A stretch of DNA of 64,000 nt from Verrucomicrobiales bacterium (lineage in GTDB: Bacteria; Verrucomicrobiota; Verrucomicrobiia; Limisphaerales; J093), in assembly GCA_015075445.1 (NCBI GenBank), contig JABTUJ010000001.1, positions 167,059 to 231,058 on the forward strand. Reading direction: 5' to 3'. The notes under the pieces were generated by a model. The model made no database searches. It worked only from the letters and a program-made list of their open reading frames with translations, and was not told the DNA's origin. Below, one piece after another: positions 26,418-33,058 of this stretch; within the stretch, counting starts at the first letter, position 1; each line of letters begins with the position of its first letter. A program made the translations under genes and the position numbers.

Positions 26418-26548
26418 CTGTAGGCGCCGACGTCAGGAGGCAGAATCGTAGGCGCCGACGTCAGGAGGCAGAATCGTAGGCGCCGACGTGAGGAGGCGAA
26501 GCGGCGTCACTCCAAGCCCACTTCGCCTCCTGACGTCGGCGCCTACAG
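26418..26548. repeat. REP-like array type A: three direct 28-nt units plus one inverted copy
   Basis: GTAGGCGCCGACGTCAGGAGGCAGAATC at 26420-26447 and 26448-26475. A third copy (GTGAGGAGGCGAAGCGG variant) starts at 26476. The inverted copy CTTCGCCTCCTGACGTCGGCGCCTAC is at 26521-26546. Confidence 0.9.
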
Positions 26549-26593
26549 TCTTTGGTCCGTGGTCCGTGGTCCCGTAGTCCGGTTCCGCTGCGC

Positions 26594-28264
26594 TCAGCCC
26601 AGGCTTTCCTTGATGCGCCGGATGTGGCCGCGTCCCATGCCCTTGACCTCGCAGCCCAGCTCGAGGTAGCGGCGGATCTGCGCGTCGTTCAGGATGCAGA
26701 AGCAATCCACGAGGGCGAACGGGCGGCCGACGGCCTGGAACACCTCGTCCGGCTGGAGCTTGAGATACTGCTCGTGCCGCACGGCCAGGACGACGGCATC
26801 GACGTTCTTCAGGGCGGCGGTCAGGTCCCGCTCGAGGCGCAGGTTCTTCAGGCTTTCCTGGCGGGTGAAGAAGCGCTTGAGGCTGTAGGCGGGGTGCGGG
26901 TACGAGTCCTGCGCCTCGAACTCCCACCAGTGCTCGACGTACGGGTCGTGGACCTTCACGTCAGCGCCCATCTCGGCGAGCTTGCGCACCATGACTTCCG
27001 AACCGCTGTAGCGGGTATCGCCCACGTCCTCGCGGTAGGAGGCGCCACAGACCAGGACCTCGGCCGCGGCCAGCGGCTTGCCCAGGTTGCGCAGCGCGTC
27101 GCGGACCAGTTGCGGGGCATGCAGCGAGCGGGTGTCGTTCACGTCGATGGCGGTCGGCGTGATCCGGAAGATGTCGTCCTCCCAGCCGAAGATGTGTTTG
27201 TAGGCCCACATGCCCAGACCGCCGTCCTTCGGCAGGCAATAGCCGCCGATGCCCGGGCCGGGGAACATGATGTTGGAGTGGGTGGGCCGCACCTTGATGG
27301 CGTCGATCACCTTCTTGAGGTCCACGCCGTTCCGTTCGGCGAACAGCGACCATTCGTCCATGAAGGCCAGCAGAGTGGCGCGGTAGGAGTTCTCGACGAT
27401 CTTGGCGGTCTCGGACTCGATGGGGCGGTCGAGGACCGTCAGCGGGAACTGCTCGGTGTTGAGCACCTCGTTGAGGAAGCGGGTGACCTTCGTGCGGGCG
27501 TCGGCGTTGATGCCGCTGCAGACCCGCCAGAAGTCGCGGATCGACGCCACGTAATTGCGGCCGGGCATAACGCGCTCATAGCTGTGCGCGAGCAGCGGAT
27601 CCGACGCGATGCCGCGGCGCTCGAAGATCTTCTTCATGATCGGATACGCGACCTGCTCGGTGGTGCCCGGGGCCACGGTCGTCTCGATGAGGACCAGCGC
27701 TCCGGCGGGGATGTGCTCGGCGATGGTCCCCATCGAGGCCTCGAGCGCGGCCATATCGGCGGCGCCGGTGCGGACGTTGCCCAGCGATTCCTTCAAGTAA
27801 TCGCACTGGACATCCACGACCACGACGTCGGCCAGCTTGAGCGCCTCTTCCGTGAACGTCGCCGCCAGCGTCTTCTTCTCCTTCACGCACCGGCGGATGA
27901 GCAGGTCCACCTCCGGATCCTCGGCCTTGATGGGGGATTCGCCGCGGCTGAGCAGCGGGATTTTCCAGAAGCTGCGCGGGCTGGGCCGTTGCATGCCGAT
28001 GACGAACTTGTTCGGCTGGCCGGTCTGCTTGTCCTTCGCGTCGGCCACCACCGCGGCCATCACGGCGCCGACGAAGCCCAGGCCCACGACGACGACAATC
28101 TCGCGGCCAGCCTTGCGGTTCTGCTGGGCGAGCTTCTGGAGCCGGGCGAACTCGGACCGGTAATCGGCCGGCGTGGGGAGGGGGAACTTCTCGCCCGCGG
28201 GGCTGATCGAGACCGGCGGGGTGGAGGCGGCGGGTGGGGAGGTTTTCTGTTTGAGCCTGGGCAT
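26594..28264 (-). CDS. nucleotide-sugar dehydrogenase (UDP-glucose/GDP-mannose dehydrogenase family), long form
   Basis: IVVVVGLGFVGAVMAAVVA Rossmann motif, central GPGIGGYCLPKDG catalytic Cys motif, C-terminal VCGASYREDVGDTRYSGS. Confidence 0.8.
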   Translation of the reverse strand: MPRLKQKTSPPAASTPPVSISPAGEKFPLPTPADYRSEFARLQKLAQQNRKAGREIVVVVGLGFVGAVMAAVVADAKDKQTGQPNKFVIGMQRPSPRSFWKIPLLSRGESPIKAEDPEVDLLIRRCVKEKKTLAATFTEEALKLADVVVVDVQCDYLKESLGNVRTGAADMAALEASMGTIAEHIPAGALVLIETTVAPGTTEQVAYPIMKKIFERRGIASDPLLAHSYERVMPGRNYVASIRDFWRVCSGINADARTKVTRFLNEVLNTEQFPLTVLDRPIESETAKIVENSYRATLLAFMDEWSLFAERNGVDLKKVIDAIKVRPTHSNIMFPGPGIGGYCLPKDGGLGMWAYKHIFGWEDDIFRITPTAIDVNDTRSLHAPQLVRDALRNLGKPLAAAEVLVCGASYREDVGDTRYSGSEVMVRKLAEMGADVKVHDPYVEHWWEFEAQDSYPHPAYSLKRFFTRQESLKNLRLERDLTAALKNVDAVVLAVRHEQYLKLQPDEVFQAVGRPFALVDCFCILNDAQIRRYLELGCEVKGMGRGHIRRIKESLG

Positions 28265-28309
28265 GTTGGCCGGACTTATAGCGGCCGGCCCGGGCCGCGG
28301 TCAAGCTGG

Positions 28310-29521
28310 TCAAGGCCGGTTGTCCAGCCCCACCGCGTGGGCGAACTCATCGAGGAAGTCGGGCAGGGCGGACTGGACCCGGTTCCAATTCGGGATGAGG
28401 GGCGTCCACAGCGGGTCCTTGAGGAAGGTGCGGGCCGCGAGCTGGATGCTGCGGGCGAAGGTGGCGACGGCGTTCTCCTCGTCGTGGCGGGCGAAGCGCA
28501 GTCCGTTCACCGCGGCGTCGGCCGCATAGAACCGGAGCATGTCTTCGGCCTGCCGCAGGTACGCCACCGCGAGGGTGTCGAACAGGCCGGCGTCGAGCCG
28601 GATGCCTTCGGCGGCCATCCGGCCGAAGATGGACTTGGTCACGTCGACGGCCATCCGGTTCAGCCCCCGTTCCGGGTCGCGCGTGGACAGCTCCTGGTGC
28701 TTGTGATCGTAGTTGTCACACAGCTCGGACTGGCAGATGGCGCGGGGCGCGCAGTTGCGGTACACCTCGGCCAGCAACCCGATCTCGAGACCCCAGTCGA
28801 AGGGGATGCGGTTGCGGCGGACGAGATCCACGTCCAGCGCGAACTCGCCCGCCAGCGGATAGCGATAGGTGTCGAGGTACACGAGGAACGGGGCCTGTCC
28901 GACGATGCTTTTCAAGGCGCGCAGCAGCGGGGTGACCAGCAGGCGCATCACCCGGCCATTCAACTGGGTGCTGCACCGGGCGTAGTAGCCCTTGCAGAAA
29001 TCGAAGCCCAGGCTCGGATGCGCCACCGGGTAGCACAGGCGCGCGAGCATCTCCCGGCTATAGGTCACGATGTCGCAGTCGTGCATCGCGGCCATTCGCG
29101 CCTGGCTGCTGGCGATCACGTAGCCCCAGCAAAGCCAGACGTTCCGGCCCTTGCCCGCGGCCCCGATGCTCAAATCAGCGTCTTCCAGCCTGGCAAAGAG
29201 GCGTTGCATGCGGGGGCCGTCGTTCCAGAGCAGGACCGGCCGCTGCGGCAGGGCACCGAACAGCTTGCGCGCCCGTTGCCAGTCGCGCAGCGTGGCGCCG
29301 TCCACCCCGACGATCACCTGCTTGAGGTAAGGCACCTGCTTGAGCTCGCGCAGGATCTGGCGCAGCGCCGGGGACCCCAGCTCCCGCACGTGGCAGGGCA
29401 GCACCAGCGCGATCGGCGTCTCCTGGGTGTACTCGATCAGCTCGGCCTCGAGCCGCGCCACATCCGGCTTGCCCAGCCGATGCAAGGTGGCGATCGCCCC
29501 CGTTTGGAAGAAGTCTGCCAT
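28310..29521 (-). CDS. glucosyl-3-phosphoglycerate synthase-like glycosyltransferase (GpgS/MpgS-like)
   Basis: C-terminal part of ORF 28310..30946, with ATG at 29521. MADFFQTGAIATLHRLG resembles the (D)FHQ-G-ITTLH start of GpgS-type enzymes. GKGRNVWLCWGY...MHDCDIV...NGRVMRLLVTPLL...PLAGEFA...WGLEIGLL parallels GT81-like motifs. Assigned from memory of the family, not from a search. Confidence 0.5.
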   Translation of the reverse strand: MADFFQTGAIATLHRLGKPDVARLEAELIEYTQETPIALVLPCHVRELGSPALRQILRELKQVPYLKQVIVGVDGATLRDWQRARKLFGALPQRPVLLWNDGPRMQRLFARLEDADLSIGAAGKGRNVWLCWGYVIASSQARMAAMHDCDIVTYSREMLARLCYPVAHPSLGFDFCKGYYARCSTQLNGRVMRLLVTPLLRALKSIVGQAPFLVYLDTYRYPLAGEFALDVDLVRRNRIPFDWGLEIGLLAEVYRNCAPRAICQSELCDNYDHKHQELSTRDPERGLNRMAVDVTKSIFGRMAAEGIRLDAGLFDTLAVAYLRQAEDMLRFYAADAAVNGLRFARHDEENAVATFARSIQLAARTFLKDPLWTPLIPNWNRVQSALPDFLDEFAHAVGLDNRP

Positions 29522-29719
29522 AGCGGGTGCCAGTATCGGCCGCCGTACTTCCAGGTGGCAAGCGACGATTCCCGGGCCGCCCGGCTTCCCTGAACGTGCC
29601 TGACATTCTGGCCGATCGCCCGGTGCTTCACCTGCGGCGGCCCGGGACCCGTCTCGGCACTTGGCGATCGCCGCGCGACACGGCAAGCTCTCCCCATCAG
29701 ACGCATCACCACTGTCCTT

Positions 29720-31597
29720 ATGCCACGCACCTGCACCCTCGTTACCCGGGCCGCCGTCGCGTGTCCGCTGGTTGCCCTGCTCGGTCTCCTTGCCCGGCCT
29801 GGTCTCACGGCGGAAACGCCAGACCCGGCGGTGAATCCAGCTCGCTCCTCCGCGTCGCCCTTCCGTTTCCTGACGGTCTCGGAGGAATCGCTGGGCCTGT
29901 GGGAGGGCGATCAACCCGTGCTCGTGTACAACCACGGCGTGGTGAACCGCGATGGCGTGCCGGCCGACCGCGCCCGCAGCACGTATATCCATCCCCTGTA
30001 CGGGCTGGACGGCGAGGTGTTGACGGACGATTTCCCCGCCGACCACACCCACCATCGCGGCCTGTTCTGGGCCTGGCCCCACGTGAAGATCGGCGAGGCG
30101 CACCACGACCTCTGGATGCTGCGCGGCGTGCGCCAGAACTTCGAACGTTGGCTCGCGCGGGAGACGGGACCCGACACCGCCCTGCTCGGCGTCGAGAACG
30201 GCTGGTACGTCGGGGCGAAGCGGGTCTTGCGCGAGCAGGCCTGGTTCCGCATCCACCGCGCCACGCCCCGCGAACGGGCTGTGGACGTCGAGTTCCGGTG
30301 GGAACCCACGGAGCAACCCGTGACGCTGGCCGGTGCCGAGGGCAAGAGCTACGGCGGGTTGACCCTGCGTTTCGCGCCGCGCACGCAGACGGTCATCACG
30401 ACGCCGCTGGGCCAGGGGTCGGATGACCTGGCCATGACCCGGCTGCCGTGGGCCGATCTCTCCGCGCGATTTGCGGGGCGCGACACCCCGAGCGGGGCGG
30501 CGATCTTCATTTCGCCAGGCCACCCCGATCATCCGCCGATGTGGCTGACGCGGCATTACGGAGTTTTGTGCGTGGGCTGGCCGGGGGTGGAACCGGAGAC
30601 GTTCGAGCCGGGCGAACCCATCCGCTGCGGGTACCGGGTCTGGATCCACCGCGGGGCGGCTGACGTTCAGGCGTTGGCCCGCGCCTATGCCGCGTATGCG
30701 GCGAGCGAACCCGGGCGGTGGTTCGACGACCGCGAGCCCTCCGGAGCCGCCGCCGCGGCCAAGCCAGCCGGGCAACGGGTGGCCGCCGAGGTTCGGGAGG
30801 ATCGCGTGGTCATCCGGGTCAACGACGCGCCGTTCACCGAGTACCTGTTCGGCCCCGACACCAAGTATCCGTACTTCCATCCGGTGCTCGGACCGCGGTC
30901 CGGTCGCACCGTGACCGTGCACCAGACCGAGCCCTACCCGCATCACAGCTCGATCTTCTTTGGCTGCGACCGGGTCAACGGGGGCAATTACTGGCAGGAA
31001 GGTCTCGAGCGCGGACGGATCGCGTCACACGCCGTGCGGTTGGTGCGGTCCGCGGGAGAACGCATCGAGTTCGAACAGACCTGCCGATGGGAACGGCCCG
31101 GGGCGGAGGCCCCGTTTGACGACGTGCGCCGGATCACCGTGTCGGCGCCGGATCCCGACGTTCGCTTCCTCGACTTCGACGTCACGTTGACCGCCCGCAC
31201 CGAGGTCAAGATCGAGCAGAACAATCATCGCTCTTCGCGCCCGCATGGTTCTGATCTTGCCGTCCAGGGCGGCGGCACGCTCATGAACGCGCACGGCGAC
31301 ACGGGGGAGAAGGCCACCTTTGGCCGCCCGGCACCGTGGGCCGATTACCGGGGCAACCGGGCCGGCGTGACGGAGGGTGTGACGATCCTGTCCCACCCGA
31401 CCAACCGCTGGTTCCCCGAGCCCTGGTTCACGCGGGACTACGGCTTCTTCTCGCCCACGCCGCTGAACTGGATTGACGGCGGGGCGGTGGTCCTCGCTCC
31501 CGGGGAGGTGCTCCGCCTGCGCTACCGCGTGGTGGTGCATGCGAACGCCCCCTCCCGCGAGGCGATCACGCGCTGGTTCGAAGCCTGGCGTCGCTGA
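29720..31597 (+). CDS. tandem PmoA-like (DUF6807) domain protein, secreted
   Basis: Signal-like ACPLVALLGLLARPGLTA. First domain YIHPLYGLDGEVLTDDFPADHTHHRGLFWAWPHV. Second domain YFHPVLGPRSGRTVTVHQTEPYPHHSSIFFGCDRVNGGNYWQE. Both fit the PmoA/DUF6807 pattern. Confidence 0.6.
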   Translation: MPRTCTLVTRAAVACPLVALLGLLARPGLTAETPDPAVNPARSSASPFRFLTVSEESLGLWEGDQPVLVYNHGVVNRDGVPADRARSTYIHPLYGLDGEVLTDDFPADHTHHRGLFWAWPHVKIGEAHHDLWMLRGVRQNFERWLARETGPDTALLGVENGWYVGAKRVLREQAWFRIHRATPRERAVDVEFRWEPTEQPVTLAGAEGKSYGGLTLRFAPRTQTVITTPLGQGSDDLAMTRLPWADLSARFAGRDTPSGAAIFISPGHPDHPPMWLTRHYGVLCVGWPGVEPETFEPGEPIRCGYRVWIHRGAADVQALARAYAAYAASEPGRWFDDREPSGAAAAAKPAGQRVAAEVREDRVVIRVNDAPFTEYLFGPDTKYPYFHPVLGPRSGRTVTVHQTEPYPHHSSIFFGCDRVNGGNYWQEGLERGRIASHAVRLVRSAGERIEFEQTCRWERPGAEAPFDDVRRITVSAPDPDVRFLDFDVTLTARTEVKIEQNNHRSSRPHGSDLAVQGGGTLMNAHGDTGEKATFGRPAPWADYRGNRAGVTEGVTILSHPTNRWFPEPWFTRDYGFFSPTPLNWIDGGAVVLAPGEVLRLRYRVVVHANAPSREAITRWFEAWRR

Positions 31598-31677
31598 TCC
31601 TCGGTGTCCTCCTGAGCTCGGTGCTAAGAAGCCGGACCACGATTCAGCACAGAGCTTGGGAGGACACAGAGGATCAG
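31594..31677. repeat. long imperfect hairpin (32-nt arms, 28/32 paired, 20-nt loop) overlapping the stop codon of the upstream gene
   Basis: CTGATCCTCGGTGTCCTCCTGAGCTCGGTGCT (31594-31625) versus AGCACAGAGCTTGGGAGGACACAGAGGATCAG (31646-31677). No T-run follows. Confidence 0.7.
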
Positions 31678-31794
31678 CCGGCGAGGCAGCCGGAGTTTTG
31701 TCTCACGCCCGCGCGCGCGCGGAGCGGTCAAAGGTCTTCCTTGACAAGCGACAGGACAAGCCGCACAGTCCGCGCCGTTTAGGAGAACTGGCTG

Positions 31795-32016
31795 ATGTGT
31801 GCCAGGAGGAAAGCGTCCGTTATCAATTGCTCGCGCCTCGCGATCGAGGTGGAACTCACGTACGTGGAGACGTCGGCGCCTGCCCAGCCACGGGTTCCGT
31901 TCCATCTGCGCGCCCAACCGTCCTGCACCGGCCAGTACCAGTGCCCGGTGGCGCCCCAGGATGCCTGGGGGGAGTGGAACTGGCACCTGTGCCCCCACCT
32001 GCCCCGCGACCTCTGA
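31795..32016 (+). CDS. small Cys/Trp-rich hypothetical protein (73 aa)
   Basis: ORF track entry. AGGAGA lies 8 nt upstream of the ATG. GC3 is high, as in neighbouring genes. TTGACA at 31741-31746. No family recognised. Confidence 0.35.
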   Translation: MCARRKASVINCSRLAIEVELTYVETSAPAQPRVPFHLRAQPSCTGQYQCPVAPQDAWGEWNWHLCPHLPRDL

Positions 32017-32061
32017 GCGTCAAGGGGCTTCCGACGCCCGGTTCCGTCGCTCCGCAGTCGC

Positions 32062-32403
32062 TCAGCCCGGCGGCCACTCGAGGGAACGCCCGCCCAGCAC
32101 GTGACAGTGCAGGTGCGGCACCGACTCGCCGGCGTCGGGGCCGCAGTTGACTACCAACCGGTAGCCACCCGTCAGGCCGAGTTGACGGGCGACCTCGGCC
32201 GCCTTGAGCATCAGATGTCCCAGGAGGGCCTGATCGGCGGCGGTGGCATCGGACAACCGTGGGATGGGGCGGCGCGGCACCACCAGGACATGCGTGGGGG
32301 CCTGGGGATTGAGGTCGCGAAACGCCACGATGTGCTCGTCCTCGTAGACGATGTTCGCCGGGATTTCCCGGGCACAGATGCGCTCGAAGATGGTGGGCTT
32401 CAT
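32062..32403 (-). CDS. HIT family (histidine triad) nucleotide-binding protein
   Basis: ORF 32062..32526 trimmed to ATG 32403. MKPTIFERICAREIPANIVYEDEHIVAFRDLNPQAPTHVLVVP...VPHLHCHVLGG (HxHxHxx motif). Confidence 0.88.
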   Translation of the reverse strand: MKPTIFERICAREIPANIVYEDEHIVAFRDLNPQAPTHVLVVPRRPIPRLSDATAADQALLGHLMLKAAEVARQLGLTGGYRLVVNCGPDAGESVPHLHCHVLGGRSLEWPPG

Positions 32404-32924
32404 GGAGGGGTGGGCGCGGTGGAGGGCGGGCCTTGCAGGTCCGCTTCGAGGAACTGGATGACGTCGTGGAACTTGGCGGCGTTGGCGGCGCAGGCCTCGA
32501 TCAACGCCCGGTGGGCCTCGAGACACACCCGCGTGTTCTCCGCCTTGCTCGCCGCACTCACCGGGAGGGCCTCAAACCGCACGCCCGCGGCGTCGGCTTC
32601 GGCCAGGTCGAAGCGATCCAGCACGCCCAGCGTATCGATTTGCCGGCGCACCAGTTCGCCCGCGTTGAGCAAGCAGACGCGGCCGGTCTCCGGGGCGGCG
32701 CGGCGGGCCGCCTTGGTCACGAACAGCAGCACGCCGATGAAGGTGCTGTCCACCGAGGGGCAGTCTTTCAGGTCCACCGTGAATTGCTGATGGCCGGAGG
32801 ACAGGAGGCGTTCGGTCACCCCGCGCAGGTGGTTCGAAACGTCCAGGCTGGGCTTGCCCGTCACCCGCAGGAGGGCTGCGGTGCCGGAACTCGCCAGCAA
32901 CAACGGAGGCCGTGAATTGGGCAT
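32400..32924 (-). CDS. STAS-domain protein (anti-sigma-factor-antagonist-like)
   Basis: LLRVTGKPSLDVSNHLRGVTERLLSSGHQQFTVDLKDCPSVDSTFIGVLL...RVCLLNAGELVRRQIDTLGVLDRF fits a STAS/SpoIIAA-like layout. Its stop overlaps the HIT start (ATGA). Confidence 0.6.
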   Translation of the reverse strand: MPNSRPPLLLASSGTAALLRVTGKPSLDVSNHLRGVTERLLSSGHQQFTVDLKDCPSVDSTFIGVLLFVTKAARRAAPETGRVCLLNAGELVRRQIDTLGVLDRFDLAEADAAGVRFEALPVSAASKAENTRVCLEAHRALIEACAANAAKFHDVIQFLEADLQGPPSTAPTPP

Positions 32925-33058
32925 GGTGGACTGCCGTCGGCAGCGGTCCCAAGGTGGGCTCCCCGGCTCCCAGCGTCAAGACCGGGGAATGAAGAGGCGG
33001 GTTGACTTTCCCGCGGACGCGTGGCTTGACTGGGCGGCGAAGCACTCACTGAAAGTCC

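Noticed and set aside
26418-26548. Possible CRISPR array: three regularly spaced identical 22-nt cores.
   Set aside because: The 'spacers' are only 6 nt and are identical (AGAATC). A fourth copy is inverted and forms a hairpin. The same core is dispersed at 7291, 35822 and 42347. No cas genes are present. This is REP-like, not CRISPR.
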